A DNA stretch of 56,882 nucleotides from Candidatus Omnitrophota bacterium. Lineage in GTDB: Bacteria; Omnitrophota; Gorgyraeia; Aquiviventales; Aquiviventaceae. The DNA lies in contig JACPAY010000004.1 in the NCBI GenBank assembly GCA_016180575.1, positions 1 through 56,882 on the forward strand. Direction: 5' to 3'. The number at the start of each line of letters is the position of its first letter. The stretch's first letter is position 1. Positions 47,867 to 56,882 of the stretch are shown one piece after another. The position numbers and the translations under genes were made by a program. The notes beneath the pieces were generated by a model. That model was not told the DNA's origin, did no database searches, and saw only the letters and a program-made list of their open reading frames with translations.

Positions 47867-48115
47867 ATGTTCGAAGACCAGGTGCAGGATCCCAAGGTGT
47901 TCATCGCGGCGCTGCGCGAGTTCCATGAGGCGGACGCCGCCCGGCGCGGGGGGCTGGCCAACGGGCTCTCCGACGCCATCATCACGAAGCGGGTGGACCT
48001 GGCGGCGGTGCGGCACGCGCTGCTCGACGGCGGGGAGCATGAGCTGATGGACACGCTGGACCGATTGATCGACCTGATCGAGCCATATATCGAGGAAGGC
48101 GGCGTGGAAGAGTAG
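47867..48115 (+). CDS. Small acidic hypothetical protein
   Basis: 82-aa ORF MFEDQVQDPKVFIAALREFHEADAARRGG... starting 6 nt after the ilvC stop (GTG 47858 also possible). No family recognised. A longer version from 47765 would overlap ilvC. Confidence 0.4.
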   Translation: MFEDQVQDPKVFIAALREFHEADAARRGGLANGLSDAIITKRVDLAAVRHALLDGGEHELMDTLDRLIDLIEPYIEEGGVEE

Positions 48116-48137
48116 TCATCCGCAACGGGGTCGCAAT

Positions 48138-48229
48138 GTCACAAAGTCACAACGTCACAAGATGGGTCAGGTGATTTCGTGTGACCTTGTGACCGCGTGG
48201 TCGTACCGATGGGGTGACCTTGTGACCCC
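48138..48229. repeat. GTCACNNN octamer hairpin
   Basis: GTCACAAA GTCACAAC GTCACAAG ... GTGACCTTGTGACC ... GGGGTGACCTTGTGACCCC. Lies in the gap before leuA. Confidence 0.85.
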
Positions 48230-48250
48230 GCGCGATTAGAGGATACGGCG

Positions 48251-49801
48251 ATGGCACGTCGGATTATTATCTTCGACACGACGCTGCGGGACGGGGAGCA
48301 GTGCCCGGGCGCCAGCCTGACTCCGCAAGAGAAGCTGGAGATCGCCCGGCAGCTTGCGCGCCTGGGCGTGGACATCATCGAGGGCGGATTCCCCATCGCC
48401 TCGCCCGGCGACGCGCAGGCGGTGAAGCGGATCGCCCAGGAGGTGAAGGGGCCCGTCATCGCGGCCCTCGCGCGGTCGCTGCCGGCCGACATCGACGCCG
48501 CCGCGGCGGCGCTTTCGCCGGCGAAGCGCAGGCGCATCCACGTGTTTCTTGCGACCTCGCCGATCCACCGGAAGTACAAGCTGCGCAAGGCCCGCGAGGA
48601 GATCCTGCGCCAGGCGGTGTGGGCGGTGAAGTACGCCAAGCGCTACGCGAGGGACGTCGAGTTCTCCCCGGAGGACGCCTCGCGGACGGAGCCTGAGTTC
48701 CTCCACAAGGTCCTGGAGGCGGTGATCGCCGCCGGGGCGACGACCGTGAACATCCCTGACACCGTCGGGTTCGCGATCCCGGATGAGTTCGGCCGGCTCA
48801 TCCAGGGGATCAGCGAGCGCGTGCGGAACATCGACCGCGCGGTCATCAGCGTCCACTGCCACAACGACCTGGGGCTCTCGGTCCCGAATTCGCTGGCGGC
48901 CATCCGCAACGGCGCCGGCCAGGTCGAGTGCACCGTCAACGGGATCGGCGAGCGGGCGGGCAACGCCTCGCTGGAAGAGATCGTCATGAGCCTGAAGATC
49001 CGCAGGGACTTCTACCGCGCCGAGACCGGCATCGACACGGCCCAGATCACCAAGGCCTCGCGCCTGGTCAGCAACCTGACCGGCATCGTCGTCCAGCCGA
49101 ACAAGGCGATCGTCGGCGCCAACGCCTTCCGCCACGAGTCCGGCATCCACCAGGACGGCGTGCTGAAGCACCGCGCCACCTACGAGATCATGCGCCCACA
49201 GGACGTGGGCCTCGGCGAGAGCCTGCTCGTCCTGGGCAAGCTCTCCGGCCGCCACGCCTTCGCCAAGCGCCTGGCAACACTCGGCTTCCGGCTCCCCAAA
49301 GACGAGCTGGACCGGGCGTTCGCGCGGTTCAAGGACCTGGCCGACAAGAAGAAGCAGGTCTTCGACAGCGACCTCGTGGCAATCGTGGAGGACGAGCTGC
49401 CCGCCGCCGAGGAGACCTACAAGCTGGTCTACGTCCACACGACCTCCGGCAGCAACACGGTGCCGACCGCGACGATCCGGCTCTCCAAGCAGGGCAAGGA
49501 GACGCAGGACGCCGCCTGCGGCGACGGGCCGGTGGACGCCTGCTACAAGACCATCGACCGGATGACCGGGATCTCGCCGGAGCTGCTGGACTACAGCCTC
49601 CATTCGGTGAGCAAGGGCAAGGACGCCCTCGGCGAGGTGGTGGTGCGGCTGCGCCGCCAAGGAGTCGAGGTGTCCGGGCGGGGCGCCTCCACCGACGTCA
49701 TCGAGGCCTCGGCGAAGGCGTACCTCAACGCCGTCAACAAGCTCGTGTCGTCGCCGGCGCGGCGCGCCTACCTGAGCCGGCGCCGCACCCTCCACCCGTG
49801 A
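48251..49801 (+). CDS. leuA: 2-isopropylmalate synthase
   Basis: [19 protein letters not shown], and the C-terminal LeuA dimerisation/regulatory domain. Confidence 0.95.
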   Translation: MARRIIIFDTTLRDGEQCPGASLTPQEKLEIARQLARLGVDIIEGGFPIASPGDAQAVKRIAQEVKGPVIAALARSLPADIDAAAAALSPAKRRRIHVFLATSPIHRKYKLRKAREEILRQAVWAVKYAKRYARDVEFSPEDASRTEPEFLHKVLEAVIAAGATTVNIPDTVGFAIPDEFGRLIQGISERVRNIDRAVISVHCHNDLGLSVPNSLAAIRNGAGQVECTVNGIGERAGNASLEEIVMSLKIRRDFYRAETGIDTAQITKASRLVSNLTGIVVQPNKAIVGANAFRHESGIHQDGVLKHRATYEIMRPQDVGLGESLLVLGKLSGRHAFAKRLATLGFRLPKDELDRAFARFKDLADKKKQVFDSDLVAIVEDELPAAEETYKLVYVHTTSGSNTVPTATIRLSKQGKETQDAACGDGPVDACYKTIDRMTGISPELLDYSLHSVSKGKDALGEVVVRLRRQGVEVSGRGASTDVIEASAKAYLNAVNKLVSSPARRAYLSRRRTLHP

Positions 49802-49819
49802 TTCATCTTCACCTTGCGC

Positions 49820-49915
49820 GGCCGCGGGTGACGCGGAGCCGGGGCCCCCGTCGCCTGCCCGCAGGCCGAGGCCGAGGACAGCCGACGGGGTGGCGGCGCG
49901 GCAGGACCCGCGGCC
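49820..49915 (-). repeat. GC-rich hairpin element, copy E
   Basis: The reverse complement matches copy D apart from the apical loop (GGCCTCGGCC). Confidence 0.9.
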
Positions 49916-49925
49916 ATACGGTTAC

Positions 49926-50762
49926 ATGACTCGCCTCTTCGGCATCATCGGGCATCCAATCGCGCACAGCCTCTCGCCGGCCATGCACGAGGCGGCGCTG
50001 CGCGCGCTGCGGCTCGATGCGCGCTACGCGGCCGTCGAGGTGCCGCCCAGGTTCCTGCGGCCGGCGCTGCGCGCCCTCATCCTCGCCGGCGTGGAAGGCC
50101 TCAACGTCACGGTGCCGCTCAAGGAGCCGGCGCTGCGGCTCATGGACCGGCTGGATGGTTCGGCGCGCGCGGCCGGGGCGGTCAACACCATCGCCATCCG
50201 CGACCGACACACCGTCGGCTACAACACCGACGGGATCGGCTTTGCGCGCGCGGTGAGTGAGCTGGGATGGCGCCCGCGGCAGGGCGCGCAGGCGGTCGTG
50301 CTAGGCGCAGGCGGGGCCGCGCGGGCCGTGGCCTGGGAATTGGCGCGGCGCGGGACGGGCTGCGTCGCCATCGCCAACCGCCACCCGGCGCGGGCGAAAC
50401 GGTTGGCGGCCTGGCTGTCGCGGCGGCGCCTGCCCTCCTGCGTGTGCGCCGTGCCGCTTGGCGAGGTGGACGTGGGCGCAGCGGACCTCGTGGTCAACGC
50501 CACGACGGTGGGGATGCGCGCGGGGGACCGGCCGCTCATCGATCCGCGGGCGCTTTGCCGCGGCGCCATCGTCTATGACCTCGTCTACCACCGCGAGACC
50601 GCCCTCGTGCGGGGGGCGCGGCGACGGGGATGTGTTGCGGCGGGCGGCCTCTCGATGCTACTATACCAGGGAGCCGAGTCGCTCCGGATCTGGCTCAAGC
50701 GCCCGCCGCCCGTCGAAGCGATGCGGCGGGCCCTCATGCGCGCGATAACCGCCCACGAATGA
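49926..50762 (+). CDS. aroE: Shikimate dehydrogenase
   Basis: [21 protein letters not shown]..., NVTVPLK, NTD..G and GAGGAARAV motifs. ATG 49926 chosen because upstream ORF residues are repeat-encoded. Confidence 0.9.
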   Translation: MTRLFGIIGHPIAHSLSPAMHEAALRALRLDARYAAVEVPPRFLRPALRALILAGVEGLNVTVPLKEPALRLMDRLDGSARAAGAVNTIAIRDRHTVGYNTDGIGFARAVSELGWRPRQGAQAVVLGAGGAARAVAWELARRGTGCVAIANRHPARAKRLAAWLSRRRLPSCVCAVPLGEVDVGAADLVVNATTVGMRAGDRPLIDPRALCRGAIVYDLVYHRETALVRGARRRGCVAAGGLSMLLYQGAESLRIWLKRPPPVEAMRRALMRAITAHE

Positions 50763-50792
50763 CCCATAACTGCTCCGTCGCCACACCTCGCT

Positions 50793-50892
50793 GGCCCGCG
50801 GGTGACGCGGAGCCGGGGACCCCGCCGCCTGCCCGCAGGCCGAGAAGGCCGAGGACAGCCGACGGGGTGGCGGCGCGGCAGGACCCGCGGGC
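50793..50892 (-). repeat. GC-rich hairpin element, copy F
   Basis: The reverse complement matches the D/E subfamily, with apical GGCCTTCTCGGCC and a T:G pair at the covarying position. Confidence 0.9.
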
Positions 50893-50897
50893 ACTGG

Positions 50898-51737
50898 GTG
50901 ATTGACGTGGTGCCGCAGGGGGCGCTGTGGCTGTTCTGGTTCGCGCTGGGCGGCTGCATCGGGAGCTTCCTCAATGTCTGCATCTACCGGATGCCGCGCG
51001 AGGAGTCGCTCATCCGCCCGCGCTCCCGCTGCCCTCATTGCCGGCATCCCATCGCCTGGCATGACAATATCCCGCTCTTCAGCTGGGCGGCCCTGCGCGG
51101 GCGGTGCCGGCACTGCGGGGCGCCGATCCACTGGCGCTATCCCGTCGTGGAGCTGCTGACCGCCTCGCTCACGGTCGCGGTCCTGCACCGCTTCGGCGCC
51201 GGCCCGCTGGGGTGGGCGTACGTGGCGTTCGTCGCCGCGCTGATCGCGGTCAGCTTCATCGACCTGGAGTTCCAGATCATCCCGGATGAGATCAGCCTGG
51301 GGGGGCTGGCGCTCGGCGTGCTCCTGAGCGCCCTCCTGCCGGCGTTGCACGGGACGGACGCGCGATTGATTGCGGCGGGCCGCTCGGTCCTCGGGCTGCT
51401 CGTGGGCGGCGGCGTGCTCTACCTGACGGGCCTTGCCGGCGACCTGATCTTCCGGAAGGAGAGCATGGGCGGCGGCGACGTCAAGCTGATGGCGATGGCG
51501 GGCTCGCTGCTCGGCTGGAAGGCGGCGCTGACGGCGTTTTTCCTCGCGCCGTTTCTCGCGCTGCTGCCGGGGCTGTACGTGCTGTTCTTCAAGCGGTCCC
51601 ACGTGATCCCGTATGGGCCGTTCCTGTCGCTGGCGCTGGTCGTGTCGCTCTTTTTCGGGACGGACCTCCTGCGCACATCGGGGGTGGAGGAGACGGTGAA
51701 GCTGATGTGGGAGTACTATGGGCCGGTGAGTCAATGA
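50898..51737 (+). CDS. pilD: Prepilin peptidase (type IV pilin leader peptidase / N-methyltransferase family)
   Basis: GSFLNVCIYRMP...CPHCRHPIAWHDNIPLFSW...GRCRHCGAPI zinc motif, and GGGDVKLMA. GTG 50898 is the first start after the repeat. Confidence 0.85.
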   Translation: MIDVVPQGALWLFWFALGGCIGSFLNVCIYRMPREESLIRPRSRCPHCRHPIAWHDNIPLFSWAALRGRCRHCGAPIHWRYPVVELLTASLTVAVLHRFGAGPLGWAYVAFVAALIAVSFIDLEFQIIPDEISLGGLALGVLLSALLPALHGTDARLIAAGRSVLGLLVGGGVLYLTGLAGDLIFRKESMGGGDVKLMAMAGSLLGWKAALTAFFLAPFLALLPGLYVLFFKRSHVIPYGPFLSLALVVSLFFGTDLLRTSGVEETVKLMWEYYGPVSQ

Positions 51738-52870
51738 CAGGGTTGCGCTTCCTGACGGCGGGGGAGTCGCACGGGATCTCTCTCACGGCGATCCTGGAGG
51801 GGATGCCGGCCGGTGTCCCCATCGACCTTGACGCGCTCCGGTGCGAGATGCGGAGGCGCCAGCTTGGCTACGGCCGGGGGCCGCGGATGCAGTTCGAGGC
51901 CGACGCGGTGGAGCTCTCCGCTGGCGTGCGGCGCGGCAGGACGCTGGGCAGCCCGATCGCCCTGACGATCGCGAACAAGGATGCCTCCATCGACCGGCTG
52001 CCGGTCGTCACGCAGCCGCGGCCCGGGCACGCGGACCTCACCGGCGCGCTGAAGCACGACCATCGGGACATCCGCAACGTGCTGGAGCGGGCCAGCGCCC
52101 GCGAGACGGCGGCCCGCGTCGCCGTCGGCGCGCTGTGCAAGCAGCTCCTCTCGCCGCTCGGCATTGAACTCGCCAGCCACGTCATCGCGCTCGGGCCGGT
52201 GCGCGCAAGGTCCGCGTCGTCGACGGTCACGGTCACGCGCCTGCGCGCGAAGGCCGACCCGACGCCGCTGCGCTGCCTGGATCCTGCGGCGACGAAACGG
52301 ATGGTGCGGGCGATCGACGCCGCCATGAAGGCGGGCGATACGCTGGGCGGCGTCTTCGAAGTGATCGCTGAAGGGGTGCCGCCGGGGTTGGGGAGTTACG
52401 TGCACTACGACCGGCGGCTCGATGCGATCCTCGGCCGCGCCATCCTCTCCATCCACGCGGTGAAGGCGGTGGAGGTGGGGGATGGGGTGCTGGGCGCGTC
52501 GCTCGCCGGCTCAAGGGTCCAGGATGAGATCTTCTACACGAAGGCCAGGGGATTCCACCGGTCGCAGAACCGCTCCGGGGGCTTCGAGGGCGGGATGACG
52601 ACGGGCGAGCCGCTCATCGTGCGCGGCTACCTCAAGCCGCTCTCCACGCTGCGCCGGCCGCTGCGGTCGGTCGAGATCAACACGAAGCGGCGCGTCGTCG
52701 CGACGGTCGAGCGCTCCGACGTGACGACGGTGCCGGCCGCCGGCGTCATCGGCGAGGCGATGGCCGCCTTCGAGCTGGCGCGGGCGGTCCTGGAGAAGTT
52801 CGGCGGCGACAGCCTGCGCGAGCTCCAGCGCAACCTCGACGGCTACCGGCGGCAGGTCAGCCGCTTCTAG
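51734..52870 (+). CDS. aroC: Chorismate synthase
   Basis: RFLTAGESHG, GRSSARETA-like RASARETAARVA, and RSDVTTVPAAGV. ATGA overlap with pilD. Confidence 0.93.
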   Translation: MTGLRFLTAGESHGISLTAILEGMPAGVPIDLDALRCEMRRRQLGYGRGPRMQFEADAVELSAGVRRGRTLGSPIALTIANKDASIDRLPVVTQPRPGHADLTGALKHDHRDIRNVLERASARETAARVAVGALCKQLLSPLGIELASHVIALGPVRARSASSTVTVTRLRAKADPTPLRCLDPAATKRMVRAIDAAMKAGDTLGGVFEVIAEGVPPGLGSYVHYDRRLDAILGRAILSIHAVKAVEVGDGVLGASLAGSRVQDEIFYTKARGFHRSQNRSGGFEGGMTTGEPLIVRGYLKPLSTLRRPLRSVEINTKRRVVATVERSDVTTVPAAGVIGEAMAAFELARAVLEKFGGDSLRELQRNLDGYRRQVSRF

Positions 52871-52876
52871 ACTGGC

Positions 52877-53596
52877 ATGAACGTCACCCTCACGGGGTTC
52901 ATGGGGACGGGGAAGACCGCGGTGGGCAAGCGCCTGGCCAAGCGGCTCGGCTGGCGGTTCGTGGACGTGGACGCGCTCATCGAGGAGGCGGCGAAGATGC
53001 CCGTCGCGCGGATCTTCGCGGAGCGCGGCGAGCCGATCTTCAGGCGCCTCGAGCGCCGGGCCATCGGCCGGCTCGTCCACGGCCATGAGCAGGTCATCGC
53101 CACCGGCGGCGGCGCATTCGTCGATCCCCAGAGCCGCGCCCGGCTGCGCGCCAGCGGCCCGGTCGTCTGCCTCACCGCGCAGCCGCGGGCGATCCTCGCG
53201 CGGGTGGGGCGGCGGCTTGAGGCGCGGCCGCTCCTGCACGGCCATGGAAACCCGCTGGCGCGGATCCGGGTCCTCCTCGCCCAGCGCGCCCGCGCCTACG
53301 CCCAGGCGGACCTCACCATCGACACGAGCCGCCTCTCCGTCGACGAGACGGTGGAGCGGGTGTGGGAGAAGCTCAGCCCCTGCCTGTGCCGGAGCTGGCA
53401 GTACCTGCTGGAGCACTCCAAGGATCTGGCGGACCGGTACGCGGGCAAATACATCGTCGTGGTGGACGAGCGCATCGTCGCCTCCGGCCAGACGCAGCTC
53501 GAAGCCTACCAGCACGCCTCCCGCCGGCTGACTGAAAAACGGGAAGCCGGCATCTACTACATCCCGCTCCCCGAGGAATCGCTCACCGCGTTGTGA
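52877..53596 (+). CDS. aroK: Shikimate kinase fused to a ~65-aa C-terminal domain (from memory, resembles the small family I know as DUF5678)
   Basis: The AroK core (LTGFMGTGKTAVGKRLA...DVD..IE...ATGGG) ends near ...VERVWEKL. It is then followed by WQYLLEHSKDLADRYAGKYIVVVDERIVASGQTQLEAYQHASRRL...GIYYIPLPEE. Confidence 0.8.
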   Translation: MNVTLTGFMGTGKTAVGKRLAKRLGWRFVDVDALIEEAAKMPVARIFAERGEPIFRRLERRAIGRLVHGHEQVIATGGGAFVDPQSRARLRASGPVVCLTAQPRAILARVGRRLEARPLLHGHGNPLARIRVLLAQRARAYAQADLTIDTSRLSVDETVERVWEKLSPCLCRSWQYLLEHSKDLADRYAGKYIVVVDERIVASGQTQLEAYQHASRRLTEKREAGIYYIPLPEESLTAL

Positions 53597-54045
53597 TGGC
53601 CCGCCGCCGTCGCGCGCCCCGGCCCAGGTCCAAATCCTCCGGCCTGCCGCGGGCGGAGTTCCCCTACATGAAGGATGCGCAAGGGCACTACGCCCCGCTC
53701 GTCTACCTCCAGGCGTGGACCGGCAACCGGTGGCTCTACCTCCAGGCCTACGTGGACTCCGGGGCATCCTGGAGCGTCTTCCACGTGGACGTGGCGCAGC
53801 TCCTGGGGATCAAGCTCAACCGGGCCAAGCGGCGCTACATCACCCTCGGGAATGGGAACGTGCTGCCGATCTACATGCAGCACATCCGGGTGCGATTCGC
53901 CGGCGTGGAGTTCACGGCGCCGGCCGGCTTCTCCGACGCGCTGCGCATGGGCTTCAATCTCATGGGCCGCGCCGGCTTCTTCGACCGGTTCCTGATGACG
54001 TTCAACGACCGCGCCCGCCTCCTCACCGTCACCCGTTTGTGGTAA
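53596..54045 (+). CDS. Retropepsin-like (clan AA) single-domain aspartic protease
   Basis: YVDSGASWSVF contains the D-S-G-A catalytic motif in a ~150-aa protein. Later LMGRAGFFDRF resembles the second conserved block. TGATG overlap with the aroK-fusion stop. Confidence 0.7.
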   Translation: MARRRRAPRPRSKSSGLPRAEFPYMKDAQGHYAPLVYLQAWTGNRWLYLQAYVDSGASWSVFHVDVAQLLGIKLNRAKRRYITLGNGNVLPIYMQHIRVRFAGVEFTAPAGFSDALRMGFNLMGRAGFFDRFLMTFNDRARLLTVTRLW

Positions 54046-54057
54046 GCTAGTGCCCCG

Positions 54058-54951
54058 ATGATGACCGACCGCGAGCGGTTGATCCGCTTGAACCTCATCC
54101 CGGAGCTCGGCTCCACCTGGCTGCGCCGGGTGCTGGACGCCTTCGGCGGCCTCGACCGGCTGTGGGCGGCCGATGTCCGCGAGCTGCAGCAGGTGGCAGG
54201 GATCAGCCCGCAGGCCGCCGAGCGGCTTGACGCCGCCCGCAAGGACGACGCGTGCCTCGAGCGGGAGCTGGCGCTGGCCGAGCGCTGCGGCGCGGCCATC
54301 GTCACGCTCGCCGACGCCGCGTATCCGACGCGGCTGAAGACCATCCCGGACCCGCCGCTTGCGCTCTACGTCCGCGGCACGCTCACCGCGGCGGACGAGA
54401 CGGCCATCGCGATTGTGGGCTCGCGCCGCGCCTCACCCTATGGCCGCCAGTGCGCCGAGCGATTGAGCGAGGACCTGGCGCTGCGCGGGATCACCGTCGT
54501 CTCGGGGCTCGCCCTCGGGATCGATGGCGCGGCCCACCGCGGCGCGCTGCGCGCGGGCGGGCGGACGCTGGCGGTGCTCGGCAGCGGGCTTGCGCGGCTC
54601 TATCCGCCGGCGCATGAGCGGCTGGCGGATCAGGCGGCCGAACAGGGGGCGGTGCTCTCCGAGTATCCGCTGGAGGCCGAGCCGCTGCCGCACCACTTCC
54701 CGCGGCGCAACCGGCTCATCAGCGGCCTCTCGCTTGGGGTGATCGTGGTGGAGGCCTCCGCGCGCAGCGGGGCGCTCATCACGGCGGATTGCGCGCTCGA
54801 GCAGGGCCGGGAGGTGTTCGCCGTGCCCGGGCCGATGACGTCGGTGACCTCCGAAGGGACGCACCGCCTCCTGAAGCAGGGGGCGCGCCTGGTGACGTCG
54901 GTGGAGGACGTGCTCGACGAACTGCGGCTGGTCTCATGCGTGTCCAGGTGA
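54058..54951 (+). CDS. dprA: DNA processing protein DprA/Smf
   Basis: AIVGSRRASPYG...SGLALGIDGAAHRGAL...GSGL...YP..H Rossmann-like DprA core. Confidence 0.9.
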   Translation: MMTDRERLIRLNLIPELGSTWLRRVLDAFGGLDRLWAADVRELQQVAGISPQAAERLDAARKDDACLERELALAERCGAAIVTLADAAYPTRLKTIPDPPLALYVRGTLTAADETAIAIVGSRRASPYGRQCAERLSEDLALRGITVVSGLALGIDGAAHRGALRAGGRTLAVLGSGLARLYPPAHERLADQAAEQGAVLSEYPLEAEPLPHHFPRRNRLISGLSLGVIVVEASARSGALITADCALEQGREVFAVPGPMTSVTSEGTHRLLKQGARLVTSVEDVLDELRLVSCVSR

Positions 54952-55142
54952 ACGGCGAACCGCGCGAGCTGGCCGATGGGCTGACCGCGGCCCAGCTCCT
55001 GGAGACGCTCCGGATCGTGCCGGAGCGCGTCGTGGTGGAGCTCAACCTGCAGATCCTCAAGCGGGCGCAGCTGGCCGAGACCCGCTTGAAGGACGGCGAC
55101 CAGGTGGAGATCGTCCAGTTCGTCGGCGGCGGAGCCCGGTGA
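54936..55142 (+). CDS. thiS: ThiS/MoaD-type sulfur carrier protein
   Basis: 68 aa, MRVQVNGEPREL...DGDQVEIVQFVGGG-AR*. Ubiquitin-like fold signature, with the FVGGG end followed by two extra residues. Confidence 0.7.
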   Translation: MRVQVNGEPRELADGLTAAQLLETLRIVPERVVVELNLQILKRAQLAETRLKDGDQVEIVQFVGGGAR

Positions 55143-56882
55143 TGGCGAAGAAGCTCGTGATCGTGGAATCGCCCGCGAAGGCGAAGACCATCCACAAGAT
55201 CCTGGGCTCGGAGTTCGACGTGACCTCGTCCATGGGCCACCTGCGCGACCTGCCGGCCAGCCGCCTGGGCGTGGACGTCGAGCACGATTTTGCGCCGCAC
55301 TACATCGTCATCCAGAAGCGGCGGAAGGTCGCCAAGCAGCTCCAGGAGGAGGCGCGGGACAAGGAGGCGGTCTACCTCGCGCCCGACCCGGACCGCGAAG
55401 GCGAGGCGATCAGCTGGCATCTCGAGCGGCTGCTGCGCGACGACGAGGAGGCGCAGGCCAAGAAAGCGGCGAAGCAACCGGCGTCCGCATCCGCCGGGAA
55501 GGCCGCGGCCAAGCCCAAACGGAAGCTCGCGCAGCGCAACGGCCGGCGGATCTACCGCGTCACCTTCCATGAGATCACGCCCCAGGCGGTGAAGGCGGCC
55601 GTCCAGCGCCCGGGCGCCATCAACCTCAAGAAGGTCAACGCCCAGCAGGCGCGCCGGATCCTCGATCGCCTCGTCGGCTACTCGCTCTCCCCGCTCCTCT
55701 GGCGGAAGGTGGGGCGGGGCCTGTCCGCGGGGCGGGTGCAGTCCGTGGCGCTGCGGCTCATCGTGGATCGCGAGCAGGCCATCGAGGCGTTCACGCCGCA
55801 GGAGTATTGGACGATCGAGGCCGATCTGCAGAAGGCCTCCGGCGGGCCGTCGTTCAAGGCGCAGCTCGACAAGATCGGCGAATCGTCCGCCGACCTGAAG
55901 ACCAAGCCCGAGGCCGACCGGATCGCCGCCGAGCTGCGCCGGCAGCCCTGCACCGTCGCCTCGGTCGAGGCAAAGGAGCAGAAGCGCTACCCGAAGCCCC
56001 CGTTCACGACCAGCACCCTCCAGCAGGAAGCGTTCAACAAGCTCGGCTACTCCTCCGCCCGGACGATGCGCATCGCCCAGCAGCTCTACGAGGGGCTGGA
56101 GATCGGGGAGGCCGGCCCCGCGGGCCTCATCACCTACATGCGGACCGACGCGGTCCGCGTCGCCGCCGAGGCGCTGACGGCGGTGCGCTCAGCTATCGCC
56201 AAGCGGTTCGGCAAGCCCTCGCTCCCCGCCGCCCCGCGGGTCTACAAAGCCAAGAAATCCGCCCAGGAGGCGCACGAGGCGATCCGGCCGACGAGCGTTG
56301 CGCGCGCCCCCGAGTCGCTGCAGCCGTTTCTCACCGACGAGCAGCTCAAGCTCTACCAGCTCATCTGGCAGCGGTTCGTCGCGAGCCAGATGGCGGACGC
56401 CGTGGACCGGGTCGTAGGCGTGCAGATCCACGCCGGCCGGTTCCGCCTGAAGGCCACCGGCCGCACGACGCTGTTCGCCGGCTGGACGCAGGTGTACCAG
56501 GAGGCGGCGGAGCCGGAGCGCGACGAGGGCGCCCTGCCCGAAGGGGCGCTGCCGCCGCTGGCGAAGGGCGACCGGCTGACGCTGATGGGGGTGAACCCGT
56601 CGCAGCACTTCACGAAGCCCCCGCGCCGCTTCACGGACGCCTCGCTGGTCAAGGCGCTCGAGGAGGCGGGCGTCGGCCGCCCCAGCACCTACGCGCCCAC
56701 CATCCAGACGATCGTCTCCCGCGACTACGTGCGGCGCACGGGCGGCAGCTTCGTGCCGACCCCGCTCGGCCGGATCGTGACGGAGATGCTCATCGAGCAT
56801 TTCCCGGAGGTCATGGACCTGAAGTTCACCGCCGAGCTGGAGGAGGAGCTGGACCGGGTTGAGGACGGCGACCTTGAGTGGG
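55142..56882 (+). CDS. topA: DNA topoisomerase I (N-terminal ~580 aa; runs off the window)
   Basis: My own translation: MAKKLVIVESPAKAKTIHKILG...MGHLRDLP (Toprim), DPDREGEAISWH, and ITYMRTD (active-site Tyr). Not in the ORF track because there is no stop. dprA-topA synteny. Confidence 0.93.
   Translation, partial: MAKKLVIVESPAKAKTIHKILGSEFDVTSSMGHLRDLPASRLGVDVEHDFAPHYIVIQKRRKVAKQLQEEARDKEAVYLAPDPDREGEAISWHLERLLRDDEEAQAKKAAKQPASASAGKAAAKPKRKLAQRNGRRIYRVTFHEITPQAVKAAVQRPGAINLKKVNAQQARRILDRLVGYSLSPLLWRKVGRGLSAGRVQSVALRLIVDREQAIEAFTPQEYWTIEADLQKASGGPSFKAQLDKIGESSADLKTKPEADRIAAELRRQPCTVASVEAKEQKRYPKPPFTTSTLQQEAFNKLGYSSARTMRIAQQLYEGLEIGEAGPAGLITYMRTDAVRVAAEALTAVRSAIAKRFGKPSLPAAPRVYKAKKSAQEAHEAIRPTSVARAPESLQPFLTDEQLKLYQLIWQRFVASQMADAVDRVVGVQIHAGRFRLKATGRTTLFAGWTQVYQEAAEPERDEGALPEGALPPLAKGDRLTLMGVNPSQHFTKPPRRFTDASLVKALEEAGVGRPSTYAPTIQTIVSRDYVRRTGGSFVPTPLGRIVTEMLIEHFPEVMDLKFTAELEEELDRVEDGDLEW

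Noticed and set aside
47765-48115. Long form (116 aa, GTG 47765) of the small acidic ORF.
   Set aside because: It would overlap ilvC by 97 nt, and its extra residues are translations of the GAGACA repeat. The short form after the ilvC stop is more plausible.

Overview
High-GC (roughly two-thirds G+C by eye) bacterial chromosomal segment from a diderm organism; BamD-like, LptE, LolCDE, MlaEFD and Lnt genes are all present. I call about 56 protein genes. All except rpsT lie on the + strand, and they are tightly packed with many 4-nt start/stop overlaps. The content is mostly core housekeeping:
- Competence and DNA repair: comEC, uvrC, ogt, radA, dprA, topA, pilD.
- Translation: rpsT, prfB (with its classical +1 frameshift site), lysS, cysS, metG, tsaB, tsaE.
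- Envelope: murJ, secA, lnt, lolCD, mlaEFD.
- A Firmicute-like block: mcsA-mcsB-clpC ... radA-PIN/TRAM-ispD-ispF-cysE-cysS.
- ilvB-ilvN-ilvC-leuA, and aroE-aroC-aroK.

I saw no rRNA, tRNA, CRISPR array, integrase or transposase gene.

The unusual part is the non-coding layer and a few accessory insertions:
1. A six-copy ~100-nt GC-rich hairpin element family with compensatory base changes.
2. A 282-bp MITE-like element with ~30-bp terminal inverted repeats and a 5-bp direct duplication. It sits exactly in the mcsA/mcsB junction.
3. At least eight further families of short hairpins built from tandem 7-8-mers. They sit on gene boundaries and supply stop codons, start codons and short protein tails. 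One is inserted in frame inside cysS.
4. A low-GC secreted-protein cassette flanked by duplicated copies of the lolC 5' end, next to a two-gene module of unknown function coupled to lysS.
5. A duplicated ilvB 5' end forming a 37-codon upstream ORF.
6. Three unrelated membrane/phosphatase genes translationally coupled inside the ilv operon.
7. A shikimate kinase fused to a small antitoxin-like domain, overlapping a retropepsin-type aspartic protease gene.

All functional calls rest on motif recognition by eye and synteny. No searches were run.
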